Source: an uncultured Candidatus Woesearchaeota archaeon (lineage in GTDB: Archaea > Nanobdellota > Nanobdellia > Woesearchaeales > GW2011-AR9). Taken from it: 50,083 nucleotides of DNA. The notes under the pieces were generated by a model, which was not told where the DNA came from, ran no database searches, and saw only the letters and a program-made list of their open reading frames with translations. The translations under genes and the position numbers were made by a program. The DNA is taken from contig CABZYC010000003.1 of the NCBI GenBank assembly GCA_902529885.1, positions 1 through 50,083 of the forward strand. Direction: 5' to 3'. The stretch's first letter is position 1; each line of letters opens with the position of its first letter. Positions 36,575 through 46,659 of the stretch are shown piece by piece.

Positions 36575-39140
36575 ATTCTACACTACTGATAGAAGCACTG
36601 CTTGAGGTTGAACCTTCAACAGTTGATTCCATACCAGATAATTCGCTTGCACGAGTAGCTAATACTTCACCAGCTAAAACGGTGTCATCAGCACTGTAAC
36701 CTGCAACTAACATAGCTACACTGTCACCATTCTCAAACAACTTAATCCGAGCAACACCAGGAGTGAATCCTTCTGAACAGTCGCTAGGACTACCCATTAA
36801 TTCAGCAGCAACAGTGTTTACACATGGACCACCAACAACGATTAAGTTCTGAGCACTCACGGAACTAATTTCACTGTCAAACTTGTTTGCGTCAACAGGA
36901 ATAGCTACACGTTCAGCACTACCACTCGAAGTAGCTACACTGTATGTTGCACCACTGGTTACATAGATTTTAACTTCAGCTTGCTCACTAGGTACCTGAA
37001 TCTCGTAATCTTCAGGGGATGAAGAACTACTTGAATCTTCAACAACTTTACTTCCGTAGAATGTACGGTAGATGGTTAAGTCGCTATCTTCAGGATCAGA
37101 TTCACTTGTTTCGTTGGTCATTACAGTTTCATTGATACTTGGGTCAATTTCACTGTCTGAATCAACTGAAAAGTTACCAGCAAACACAACGACACTCGCG
37201 TCAGCAGTATCATCATACTTGTCTGTATCATCTACAGTCACAGTAATTGCTAACTCTGCATCAGTAACACCACTATCATTCCAGTTACCTTCAGCACCTA
37301 ATGAAGCATTCATTAAAGCCATACTGTTTAATGTTGAAAACTGTACTAGGTTGTTATCATCAGTACGAACATCCAATGTTACCGCATTACCTTGAGCAGT
37401 TGCATCAAAACCTAAACCTGATTCAGCTAAGCTTGCACCAGTATACATAATGTTCCAATCATCAGCTGAACTAGCATCTGTACTTTCTGAAAACTGAGTT
37501 AAAGTTCCAGCAGTGTCATTTAGATACTTTGTACCGTTACTAAATGTAAAGGTTGTACCACCTAATTTAATATCAAAAGTACAATCTGTACTATCAGTTA
37601 AACTACGCTCGATTGATTCACCACTGATTAAGTTAGTAAAGTATACTTTAGCATTGTCTTCGTCACACTGGTCAGCACTGTCGTAACGTAATAAGTAAGA
37701 CTTAGCATCGTTATCAGCAGTTGAAGGATCTTCGTTGTGTAAGAAGAAGTAGTCATCTTCAGTAATACTATAGTTCATAATGTTTAGAACAAAAGCTTCA
37801 TCTTCATCTTCACCAAGCAAGATTACATCATAATCTTCATCACCGTACGCAACATCAAATGAAACGTCTCCACCCTGTAATTCTAGGTCAATACTTAACT
37901 GTGCGTCACTTTCAGTGTAATATACGTCTAACTGATCCATTGAAGGAATGTACATCTCTGCAAATTCAATATCCCAGTTTTTAGTGAATAATAAGTCAGC
38001 TTCATCTAATTCTGAATCTTCACTTAGTTTGTCACCAGCAGCCAAGTAATAATCATCTTGTGCAGTAATGGTAATATTAAATGAATCAATGGATACTTCA
38101 TCAGAGGTTAATGTTTCATCAAACATAACAGCTAAACCGTTAATTGTTTCTTCGTTAACTTTTACACTTCCACCAGATGCACTGTCAGTTAAAACGATCT
38201 TGTCAGCACCTAAGAAGAACTTAGCACGATGAATACCACCAGCATACTCTTGGTAAGTAATATCATATACACCAACAGTTAAACCACTGTCTAATACATC
38301 AGTATCACCATCTTCTAATTTGTTGGTTGTCTCACCATTAATTACAAACTGTACTTCTTCGGTTGAACTTGAACCAGTTGTATCTACGGAAAGTAAGGTT
38401 ACTTCGTAATCTTCACCATCAATCTCGAATGTTGCAGTTTCAGCTTCTTCTAATGAACCACTCACAGAACCACCCATAAGAGTTAACTTAGGACCGTTTG
38501 TTTCGTTCTCAGCCAATACAATTGTGTAAGTTACACCAAATAAAGTGATTTCCTCATCTTCAATATCTTCATAACGGTCGTTATCATCAATATCTGATTC
38601 TAAAGCAGTAGTGAACTCAACTTCATACTTAGCAAACATATCGTTGTTTTCAATTAAGTATAAGTAATCAAGAACATCGTCTTCTTCTTGGAAAGCCACA
38701 GTAGGAGAATTTCCATCAGGGTTCAAGTATAAGTACTGTTCAAATTCAGCAGTTCCTTTACTATTAGCAACTTCACCATCAGCTAAAGCATCTAATTCAC
38801 TATCACTTAAGTATGACTCAATATCATCTAAAGATTCACCAACTTCTAAAAAGTTTGAACTTGTTTCAGCTAACCAACTGTCACCTTCAATTACAGTTAC
38901 AGTAGATTCACTGTCAGAACCAGATAAAAACATGCTGTTAGTAATATCGATTGCAGCAGCAGTGTCAGCAGACTTTGCGTTGTCACCAATTACAATATAA
39001 CCGTTAAACGTTCCACCATCAACGAACATATCAGGATATTCGTTTAGGTCTGCAGCTAAAGCACCCATCATGGTTGCACCAAGCATGGTTGCACCTGTTG
39101 CTACAGCAGTAATCTTCTTAAATAATTTATTTGTATTCAT
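36573..39140 (-). CDS. S-layer protein, very acidic
   Basis: KKITAVATGATMLGATMMGALAADLNEYP N-terminus, C-terminal NLIVVGGPCVN...LVAGY; about 10 N-x-S/T sequons; adjacent to aglB. Confidence 0.92.
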   Translation of the reverse strand: MNTNKLFKKITAVATGATMLGATMMGALAADLNEYPDMFVDGGTFNGYIVIGDNAKSADTAAAIDITNSMFLSGSDSESTVTVIEGDSWLAETSSNFLEVGESLDDIESYLSDSELDALADGEVANSKGTAEFEQYLYLNPDGNSPTVAFQEEDDVLDYLYLIENNDMFAKYEVEFTTALESDIDDNDRYEDIEDEEITLFGVTYTIVLAENETNGPKLTLMGGSVSGSLEEAETATFEIDGEDYEVTLLSVDTTGSSSTEEVQFVINGETTNKLEDGDTDVLDSGLTVGVYDITYQEYAGGIHRAKFFLGADKIVLTDSASGGSVKVNEETINGLAVMFDETLTSDEVSIDSFNITITAQDDYYLAAGDKLSEDSELDEADLLFTKNWDIEFAEMYIPSMDQLDVYYTESDAQLSIDLELQGGDVSFDVAYGDEDYDVILLGEDEDEAFVLNIMNYSITEDDYFFLHNEDPSTADNDAKSYLLRYDSADQCDEDNAKVYFTNLISGESIERSLTDSTDCTFDIKLGGTTFTFSNGTKYLNDTAGTLTQFSESTDASSADDWNIMYTGASLAESGLGFDATAQGNAVTLDVRTDDNNLVQFSTLNSMALMNASLGAEGNWNDSGVTDAELAITVTVDDTDKYDDTADASVVVFAGNFSVDSDSEIDPSINETVMTNETSESDPEDSDLTIYRTFYGSKVVEDSSSSSSPEDYEIQVPSEQAEVKIYVTSGATYSVATSSGSAERVAIPVDANKFDSEISSVSAQNLIVVGGPCVNTVAAELMGSPSDCSEGFTPGVARIKLFENGDSVAMLVAGYSADDTVLAGEVLATRASELSGMESTVEGSTSSSASISSVE

Positions 39141-39159
39141 AGTATATATTACACCTTTA

Positions 39160-39261
39160 ATACTTTACTGGCACTAGCACCACCCATAAAAATTCCGAAA
39201 AGGACTCGATAGAAATCCTTTTTCGTCCCCATGGACGATACGCGTACGTATTGTAAAGTAT
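39160..39261 (-). promoter_or_regulatory. Structured 5' leader of the S-layer mRNA
   Basis: 9-bp closing stem ATACTTTAC/GTAAAGTAT enclosing four hairpins, followed by AAAGGTG SD. Confidence 0.65.
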
Positions 39262-39290
39262 ACATTTAACCCTAAAACTACCATTTTCGG

Positions 39291-39305
39291 TTTATAAGCC
39301 TTTCG
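39291..39305 (-). promoter_or_regulatory. BRE/TATA promoter of the S-layer gene
   Basis: Minus strand CGAAAGG-CTTATAAA about 150 nt upstream of the ATG. Confidence 0.7.
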
Positions 39306-39453
39306 AAAAAATAAGCCTGTTCAAACACACTAAATCTTGATTAAAGCTTAATCCATACAATATCCCCTGTTTTAGCGTGTCATGACCGCCCAGTAACTAA
39401 TAGAACTATCTTCCATCAAAAGATGTATAAAGTGGAGTATACCAATCTAACAC

Positions 39454-40092
39454 ATGATCCCGAAAAATCTCCCATCATTCGTGAGAGACCATTATAAAAA
39501 TATTAAACAACTTACACCCATCCAACAAAAGTGTGTAAACAACGGTCTTCTTGAAGAGAGCAATATTATTGCGTGTGCACCAACCGCTAGTGGGAAAACA
39601 CTAGTAGGCACAATGGCTATGATGTCCAAAATTGATAAAGGAAAAGTAATCTACATTGCACCTTTACGGGCACTTGCCCAAGAAAAATATGCTGCTTACA
39701 AAAAATTGTTAGAAAACACAGAGTATAATTGTATGATTAGTACAGGTGAGAGTGAACAGTCTGAATATCTCGGGAGATATGATCTATTAATCTTAACTAC
39801 TGAAAAACTTGACTCTTGCATTAGACAAGGTGCATCTTGGATTAATGAGATTGCATGCGTGGTCATTGATGAAATACACTTATTACACGATACCTCAAGA
39901 GGACCAACATTAGAAATTATCCTTACTTTACTTATGACCTTAACAAAATGTCAATTGATTGGATTATCTGCAACGATCGGGAACCCAGAAGAACTTGCAA
40001 AATGGCTTGATGCAACATTAGTACAAGATTCCTGGAGACCAGTAGAACTTAAGAAGGGGATCTATACAAACAAACTAGAATTTTTCAGCTAG
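39454..40092 (+). CDS. Stand-alone N-terminal RecA domain of a Ski2/Hel308-like SF2 helicase
   Basis: LTPIQ, APTASGKT, APLRALA, TTEK, DEIH, LSAT, WRPVEL, then stop at 212 aa. Confidence 0.88.
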   Translation: MIPKNLPSFVRDHYKNIKQLTPIQQKCVNNGLLEESNIIACAPTASGKTLVGTMAMMSKIDKGKVIYIAPLRALAQEKYAAYKKLLENTEYNCMISTGESEQSEYLGRYDLLILTTEKLDSCIRQGASWINEIACVVIDEIHLLHDTSRGPTLEIILTLLMTLTKCQLIGLSATIGNPEELAKWLDATLVQDSWRPVELKKGIYTNKLEFFS

Positions 40093-40851
40093 TTTCCCTT
40101 GATTATAATAATCAATCGCGCGCATCATTTCACCTAAACCTTGACATGCACGACCCAACTCATTCAAAATCACACTATCGTGAGGATCCACAGACAATGC
40201 TTTAAGCAAATAGCGTTTTGCTGCAGAATAATCTGACAATTCGTTGCAGACAAGGCCAAGCCGGGAATGAAGGCCAGGAAAATGGTCATTATGCCCCACC
40301 ATCCGTTCCAAAATCTTACGTGCTTCCAAATAACTCTCTTTAGCAACAAGCATGTTTGCCATGCGCATCATGCCAGAAACGTCGCCGTCAAGGTCTGCCA
40401 TTAAACCGTTGACTAACGAATGTGCTACGTCAAGATCGCCAACAGCAATAGCGCTACGAAGGCCACGGTGCATAGTTTGTTCATCTAGACAGATAGTACT
40501 ATCATGAGTTTTTACAATAGGAAGGCCCATCTCAAAAGATAATAAAGCATTCCGACGAATGATCCTAGCTTCAATACCATTATTAACGTGTACATGATAG
40601 GACTTTGATCGGTCAAGTTTCAAAATACGGTGTATCAATAAATCATCAACAAACTCGCTTGAATGAATAAAAAAAAGGTGGTCACCACTAGCGTATCGCC
40701 AAGCTTGTTCCCAACTAAGGCCAGGGTAAGATTTGTAACCTTCCAATGGAGCTATACCACAAAGTACAATTTCAACAGATGAAGGTACATTAGATAACAC
40801 TCTTTCCACCTCTACACGTTCTTTGCAATCAATGATTATTGTCAGGTCCAC
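40075..40851 (-). CDS. Degenerate GT2-like domain plus TPR repeats
   Basis: MDLTIII...EIVL...ASGDHLFFIHSSE (DxD lost); about three C-terminal TPR units. Confidence 0.65.
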   Translation of the reverse strand: MDLTIIIDCKERVEVERVLSNVPSSVEIVLCGIAPLEGYKSYPGLSWEQAWRYASGDHLFFIHSSEFVDDLLIHRILKLDRSKSYHVHVNNGIEARIIRRNALLSFEMGLPIVKTHDSTICLDEQTMHRGLRSAIAVGDLDVAHSLVNGLMADLDGDVSGMMRMANMLVAKESYLEARKILERMVGHNDHFPGLHSRLGLVCNELSDYSAAKRYLLKALSVDPHDSVILNELGRACQGLGEMMRAIDYYNQGKLAEKF

Positions 40852-41929
40852 GAATCAGATTGTACAATTGTTTGTACACCTCAAGAGGTTTTGAAGAATA
40901 TTGTCTTAATAAACTAATTGCTTGTGTAGGCAAATAATTGTGGACTATCAGAAATCCTGCATACTGTGTAACATTTCGTGGTTTTAAATCATAATGGCTT
41001 CGTTCAAAATCAATCATAACAACATCCCCATTAACAATAATGTTTGAACGGGGTCGACGTAATTCTTCTTTAGTTATACCAAGTTTATCTAACTCAAAAC
41101 ATTGACGTATTAATTCACGTAACATTTTCGTTGTATGTTTCACTTTATGGAATGCCTTACCTTCAATGAAGTTCATAACTACATGCACATCATCGTGACG
41201 AACATAGCTCGGCCCAATGCCCACTTTATTCACTGCCTGTAACATTTGAGCTTCTTTAACCACTTGCACGGAAGGTTTAGCAAACCCTTGCTGTGATTTT
41301 ATAACCACCTTTTGACCTGAAAGATTGCCAGTCCATAGTACACCATGTTTACCATGTGTCAAATAAACAATACCCATTACGTCCTTCGTTGCAAACCACA
41401 CAGCGCTTTTCCATAAGCGGTATACGTACAACGTTTCACCTAACCCTACAAATTGCTCATTAACTTTTTCATAAGACAACATCAAACTATCAGCGTGCCG
41501 TAAAATAATTGAAGATTGAGACAAGTTACTGAATAACAAGTATATTGATCCATTATCGTGCAAGTAACTAACTGCTTGGTCCAAAAATTGTAAAATAAAT
41601 TCATACCCTTGTTTACCCCCATACAATGCTTTATCAGCCACGACATTGCCACCAATAACATCGTTTGGTAAATATGGGGGATTACAGATAATAGTATCAA
41701 ACTCACCCAAAATATCTGTGAACAGATCCGAACAAACATATCTCGGACCAGGATTATGTATTCTTGCATAATCTAAGCTAAGGGAGTCAATGTCTACGGC
41801 AGTTACTGACAGCCCTTGTTTAGCCAATGACCCAGCTATAACGCCAGATCCGGTACACATCTCTAAAATGATCCCATGTGGCTTGATTGAATTTAACAAC
41901 AAGTAACTATCTTCAGCAGGCTCGTACAT
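40829..41929 (-). CDS. HemK/PrmC-like methyltransferase fused to an atypical Ser/Thr kinase domain
   Basis: MYEPAEDSYLL, EMCTGSG, NPPY; then GKHG, VVIK, EELRRPRSNII, IDFE. Confidence 0.88.
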   Translation of the reverse strand: MYEPAEDSYLLLNSIKPHGIILEMCTGSGVIAGSLAKQGLSVTAVDIDSLSLDYARIHNPGPRYVCSDLFTDILGEFDTIICNPPYLPNDVIGGNVVADKALYGGKQGYEFILQFLDQAVSYLHDNGSIYLLFSNLSQSSIILRHADSLMLSYEKVNEQFVGLGETLYVYRLWKSAVWFATKDVMGIVYLTHGKHGVLWTGNLSGQKVVIKSQQGFAKPSVQVVKEAQMLQAVNKVGIGPSYVRHDDVHVVMNFIEGKAFHKVKHTTKMLRELIRQCFELDKLGITKEELRRPRSNIIVNGDVVMIDFERSHYDLKPRNVTQYAGFLIVHNYLPTQAISLLRQYSSKPLEVYKQLYNLIRGPDNNH

Positions 41930-42003
41930 ATAACCTTAAAAAAACATCTACATTAAGAATCTTCTTCTATAATGTTTATAAACTAATATGTCAATGGTAC
42001 AAT

Positions 42004-42894
42004 ATGAACGTATTAGTTACAGGTGGAGCAGGTTACATTGGTAGTGCAGCTGTGAAAATGCTTATTGAAGACGGTTACACAGTAACAATCATAGACAATA
42101 TGTCAAAAGGGCAAGAACGCTTAATCCATCAAGAAGCAGAATTTCATAAAATAGACTTGACTGATAAGGAGACATTAAAAAGTGTATTCAATAAAAAATA
42201 CGATGCCATCATCCATTTTGCGGGGTACAAAGCAGCAGGAGAATCCATGAGAAATGCTCCTAAATATAGTCAAAATATTGTGGGTACAATCAATCTTTTA
42301 GACTGCATGGTAGAAAATAAAGTACCAAAAATTATCTTTTCATCTTCAGCAGCTGTATACGGTGAACCAGAACGTGGAACCATCGACGAAAATCATCCAA
42401 CCGTACCAGTTAACTATTATGGATTTGGTAAACTTGCGTGTGAACAAATAATTGAGTGGTACGCAAAAATTCATGCTATTAATTTTGTGAACTTGAGATA
42501 TTTTAACGTGATCGGGGACGTTGGATTACAGTATAAAGATCCTGCACCTGAAAACATTTTGCCTATCATTGACCAAGTGATTAATGGTGAACGTGAACAC
42601 CTAACCATCTTTGGTGATGATTACCCCACGCGCGATGGTACCTGTATAAGAGACTACATTGAATTACGAGACCTTGTATACGCACACATTTTAGCGTTAC
42701 AACTAAATTCGTCAGAAATAATTAACCTGGGAACTGGGACAGGTATGACTGTCCTAGAACTTATTAAAAAAATTGAAACTGAGCGTAATGTTACAATCCC
42801 CTACAAAATTGGTCAACGGCGCCCAGGTGACCCTGCGGCCTTGAAAGCTTCTAATGAAAAAGCTAAAAAAATGTTGCATTGGTCCCCACAATGA
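42004..42894 (+). CDS. galE: UDP-glucose 4-epimerase (C-terminus short)
   Basis: TGGAGYIGS, HFA, SSSAAVYG, YGFGK, LRYFN, DGTCIRDYI, RRPGDP; TATA at 41975-41982 supports ATG 42004. Confidence 0.93.
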   Translation: MNVLVTGGAGYIGSAAVKMLIEDGYTVTIIDNMSKGQERLIHQEAEFHKIDLTDKETLKSVFNKKYDAIIHFAGYKAAGESMRNAPKYSQNIVGTINLLDCMVENKVPKIIFSSSAAVYGEPERGTIDENHPTVPVNYYGFGKLACEQIIEWYAKIHAINFVNLRYFNVIGDVGLQYKDPAPENILPIIDQVINGEREHLTIFGDDYPTRDGTCIRDYIELRDLVYAHILALQLNSSEIINLGTGTGMTVLELIKKIETERNVTIPYKIGQRRPGDPAALKASNEKAKKMLHWSPQ

Positions 42895-43856
42895 AATATT
42901 TTTATGATACTAACAAGTACGACGATGCCATTGACAGAAGCATTAAAGTGTTTATTGAAAAAATCAAAACTACAAAAAGGTTATATGAATATGTTGACGT
43001 CATAGGAATTACAGGAACAGCAGCCCGAGGGCAAGCATATAGCAAAGGTAGCGATATTGATATTTATTGTATCACAAAATACCTAAACCCATTGCATGAA
43101 CATAAGTTGCAAAAAGTGTTCGCGTCAAGTTTTTCTAATATTAAAATTGATCATTCATTACTTGTTTTTGCACCGAGTGTGCATAATAAACCAGACTTAA
43201 TGTATTATGAATTTACACATTGTGGCATTAAATTATATGGAAACATGCCAGATAAAATATCCATTAACAAAATTCCAAAGTGGGAAGGAATACGGTTACT
43301 GACATTCAAAGGTAACCCTTTCCTTGCATCATTACATACAAATAAATTTGATTATAATTATGCTAAGTTACTCTTGGGCATAGGAGAAGCATTCTTAGTA
43401 TTAAACAGAACATACGTTGCAGATAGTTTACTACGACAAAAAAAAGTAGTACAAAACAAAATATTACAAAATATTGAAGGGTTCATTGAAGAATATAATA
43501 CATGTTGCCAATACAAGTTCCATCAAAAAATGTTTGATACTACCAAGGAAGCACGGATCAAAAAAGGGTTAGTTATTTTACAAAAAGCATGGGATCTGTA
43601 CCTTAGACAGTATTGTGATTCTAACCAAGTTCAACTTGAAAAAATTAAGCCAAGCCCACTACAACAAATTGCAAGCCGTCTATTCTATACTATTAACTAC
43701 TACAAATATTTCGGAAAAATAAAAGTTACCTTATCTGAACCTTTCATTAAAGAAATTCAGTTAATACAAGAGTATCTTAACACTGAAAATGAAAAACTAC
43801 GACAAAAAATCTGTGAATCTTGGAAGGTTTCACCAAGATTTTGGTATTCAAAATAA
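42891..43856 (+). CDS. Pol-beta superfamily nucleotidyltransferase-domain protein with helical C-terminus
   Basis: ITGTAARG....SDIDI; ATGA overlap with galE. Confidence 0.75.
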   Translation: MKYFYDTNKYDDAIDRSIKVFIEKIKTTKRLYEYVDVIGITGTAARGQAYSKGSDIDIYCITKYLNPLHEHKLQKVFASSFSNIKIDHSLLVFAPSVHNKPDLMYYEFTHCGIKLYGNMPDKISINKIPKWEGIRLLTFKGNPFLASLHTNKFDYNYAKLLLGIGEAFLVLNRTYVADSLLRQKKVVQNKILQNIEGFIEEYNTCCQYKFHQKMFDTTKEARIKKGLVILQKAWDLYLRQYCDSNQVQLEKIKPSPLQQIASRLFYTINYYKYFGKIKVTLSEPFIKEIQLIQEYLNTENEKLRQKICESWKVSPRFWYSK

Positions 43857-45038
43857 AGATTTACCAGCAATGTCTTTTGGAATTTTATCCTTTAAACCAA
43901 TTGCTTCAAGCATGGTTGGCATTAGATCAATAACGGAAGGATTATCACCTTTAAGATCCCTGTTACAAAGTAATACACCCAATGAATCTTTATGATCAGG
44001 CCAATACCCGTGCATACCTTTCGTATTGAACTTGACTGGTGCAAAATAGTCAGGGAATACTCGAAAGCCCGGATCAACAAGAAACATTAAATTGCCCCAT
44101 TTATCATCGTCAAACCGAATTTTATATTTCTCTTGTAATGTATCATCTAAATGATTTACATTCTCAATCTGTGAAACAGCGTCAATAATCTGTTGTTTTA
44201 TAGTATTATCTTTTACCTTGAAGCGTACCATTGTTGAATCGTAGAAGACTAAATAATCCTTAACTGGTTTCAAAGATAATTTATCAACGACTTCTTTTAC
44301 ATTTACTGATCCCTTTACTTCAACCATCCCGTGGTCCGAGAATATAAATAAATTCACGTCACCAAACTTCTTCCTAGCTTCTTCATACATAGCGCTTATC
44401 TTTGTGTCAAGTCGTGCCATAATATCATGAATCTCTTTTGAAGTTGGCCCATTGTAATGACCGACAGGGTCAGTTTCGTACACAAAAAAATGGTCCACAA
44501 CATTATCAGACACAGCCCAGTCCTCAATTTTAATACCTTCACCATATAAGGGGTGGGTACCAGTTGCACATGAAAACATTGAAACTTTATTTTCTTTTAA
44601 GATAGTGAAAAAAGTAGGGTCATAATCTAAACTTTGATTATAATTGAAATATCCTGCTTGTTTTGGATCAACACTTGCAGGAACAGGTAAAATTTTTTGT
44701 TTATACCATTCAGGAAACAAATTTTTATATTTTGATGCATAAAAAGGAAATTTTAATCCACTAATACCAACTCGACGTATAATAGAAGGTACATACATCA
44801 ACCACCTCATCCATTTGAAAGGGCTTTTATCTTCTTCAAAACTGTACACCAAAAATTTCCCGTGATCTTCCTGATATTTACTTGTCCAGATTGAAGGATG
44901 AATCCCAGCAGAGTATCCTAGCATAGTTCCCAATTCAGAATAGTAATTCTCACTCTTCAATTTATGAAGAAAAGGCGTATTATGTCTTGTTATGTAATCA
45001 GACCGTACTGCATCCACAAAAAATATTAACGTTTTCAT
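43848..45038 (-). CDS. Alkaline phosphatase superfamily (NPP-type) enzyme
   Basis: FVDA, GYS (putative nucleophile), TDPVGH, FSDHGM, GMHGY, DLMPT. Confidence 0.88.
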   Translation of the reverse strand: MKTLIFFVDAVRSDYITRHNTPFLHKLKSENYYSELGTMLGYSAGIHPSIWTSKYQEDHGKFLVYSFEEDKSPFKWMRWLMYVPSIIRRVGISGLKFPFYASKYKNLFPEWYKQKILPVPASVDPKQAGYFNYNQSLDYDPTFFTILKENKVSMFSCATGTHPLYGEGIKIEDWAVSDNVVDHFFVYETDPVGHYNGPTSKEIHDIMARLDTKISAMYEEARKKFGDVNLFIFSDHGMVEVKGSVNVKEVVDKLSLKPVKDYLVFYDSTMVRFKVKDNTIKQQIIDAVSQIENVNHLDDTLQEKYKIRFDDDKWGNLMFLVDPGFRVFPDYFAPVKFNTKGMHGYWPDHKDSLGVLLCNRDLKGDNPSVIDLMPTMLEAIGLKDKIPKDIAGKSLF

Positions 45039-46033
45039 TTTGTTATTCTCTCAAAACTCTCTTTGAACTTGTCACATTGATTTTTTTTATTATACATCAT
45101 CGCTTTCTGACGCAAATTATCCAACAACAACGACCTATGGTCTTCAGACATGTTAATCATATTTATCATTGAATCTGCAATAGCTTTATAGTCGTCTTGA
45201 TCAGTAACTACTACATCGGTTTTTAAAACTTCTGCATTACCATTCCTCATCCCTAACAATGGGGCCACACCAGAAAGTACATACTCAAGGCCACTACAAC
45301 CAAACGGTTCAAAAACGCTAACATTATACCCCACTATTGATCTGCTTGTATACTTCGAAAAATCGGTTTTCCAACCTTCAAAATGCACATTATTCAAATT
45401 TAAAATTTGTACTTCGTTTTTTAATTGATCTTTTTGTGGGCCGTCACCAACAATCCATAAATTCGTGTTCTTGAACTCTGATTGTACTAATTGGAAAGCC
45501 CGTAATAAATTAAGAAGATTTTTTTCAGGAGATAGCCTGCCTATGTAAAGAATATCTTTGGCTTCTTTTTTAGTATTAAAATGGTATCTTTCAGTATCAA
45601 CAAATGGGTAAACCACAGGAATATCATATGGCAATGATAAAGATTTTTGTATAAAATTTTTACTAATCTCACTGTCAGAAATTACATTATCAATACTACC
45701 CAAAAAAAAATCGAAGTACCATTTTTTAACACCACGTAAATTTGGATAGGTCATATGAAAAAGTGCATCCGCATCATGATATACAATCTGTATATCTTTA
45801 CGTAAAACTTTCAAGATACGAGCAAAATATAGTCCCGCAAAACCTTCGCAAAGTAAGTTTGAACCTTTACTAATCTTAACATAATAATAAGGTAATGTGA
45901 TCATACAGAAAAACGGAATTAAAATGAAAGGCATCCAGCTCGGAGAAGGTTTGATTATAGTTGCTTTAATTGCTTGGGCAAAGCCTTGATGTACAAAATG
46001 GGACTTTGGTATATTCTGAATAAAATAGTTCAT
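45035..46033 (-). CDS. GT4 glycosyltransferase
   Basis: YIGRLSPEKN, VGDGP, EPFGCSGLE (Ex7E). Confidence 0.92.
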   Translation of the reverse strand: MNYFIQNIPKSHFVHQGFAQAIKATIIKPSPSWMPFILIPFFCMITLPYYYVKISKGSNLLCEGFAGLYFARILKVLRKDIQIVYHDADALFHMTYPNLRGVKKWYFDFFLGSIDNVISDSEISKNFIQKSLSLPYDIPVVYPFVDTERYHFNTKKEAKDILYIGRLSPEKNLLNLLRAFQLVQSEFKNTNLWIVGDGPQKDQLKNEVQILNLNNVHFEGWKTDFSKYTSRSIVGYNVSVFEPFGCSGLEYVLSGVAPLLGMRNGNAEVLKTDVVVTDQDDYKAIADSMINMINMSEDHRSLLLDNLRQKAMMYNKKNQCDKFKESFERITK

Positions 46034-46659
46034 TTTTTACAAGACCACAGAAATACATGAGCAAAAAAATTACGGTTTATATTCCGAAACAAGCCTTTGA
46101 AGCCAGATATCTTCACATCAGAAAAATACTTCTTTAGTAATCTACTTAATATCTGCAAATTAAAAAAACGAATGTGTTCGTCATTGAATGCTTTTCCTGG
46201 CCTGTTTAGTAAAAAACCCATACGTGCCCGAAGATTAAAGGCATTTGGCGTAGACCCAACAAACGATCCACCTCTCTTAAGAACTCTACCTGATTCTTTG
46301 ATTATTTCTTCATAGTAAAATAAATGTTCAATTACCTCTGAAAGAATCACCATATCAAAAGTTTCATCAGGGAATGGCAATGGATCACCATCAAAACCAG
46401 CTTCGATTGCTTTAACACCATATGTCTCCTCCATATATTTTACAGCATGAATATTGAAATCAACAATAGTTACATCATTGTCTTTTACAAAATATTTAGT
46501 AACATCACCAAATTGACAACCTAAATCTAATATCTTTAAACCAGAAGGATTACCTGCTAAAGCATACAACGCTGCACCTCTATCAGAAACTTTTAGGTGC
46601 TTATTTCCTTCAACATTTATTCTTGTATGAGCATTCTCATAAAAATTTTTTAGATTCAT
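46030..46659 (-). CDS. Class I SAM-dependent methyltransferase
   Basis: ILDLGC, LPFPDETFD, EVIEHL, STPN. Confidence 0.92.
   Translation of the reverse strand: MNLKNFYENAHTRINVEGNKHLKVSDRGAALYALAGNPSGLKILDLGCQFGDVTKYFVKDNDVTIVDFNIHAVKYMEETYGVKAIEAGFDGDPLPFPDETFDMVILSEVIEHLFYYEEIIKESGRVLKRGGSFVGSTPNAFNLRARMGFLLNRPGKAFNDEHIRFFNLQILSRLLKKYFSDVKISGFKGLFRNINRNFFAHVFLWSCKK

Noticed and set aside
39339-39353. Inverted repeat GATTAA-AGC-TTAATC between divergent promoters
   Set aside because: Single AT-rich 6-bp repeat with no second copy found; could be chance.
41887-42003. N-terminal extension of galE
   Set aside because: Overlaps the divergent gene and the TATA box; the Rossmann motif starts at ATG 42004.
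42891-43856. CBASS cyclase or MNT-HEPN toxin-antitoxin
   Set aside because: No effector, Cap or HEPN RxxxxH partner nearby; the context is glycan synthesis.
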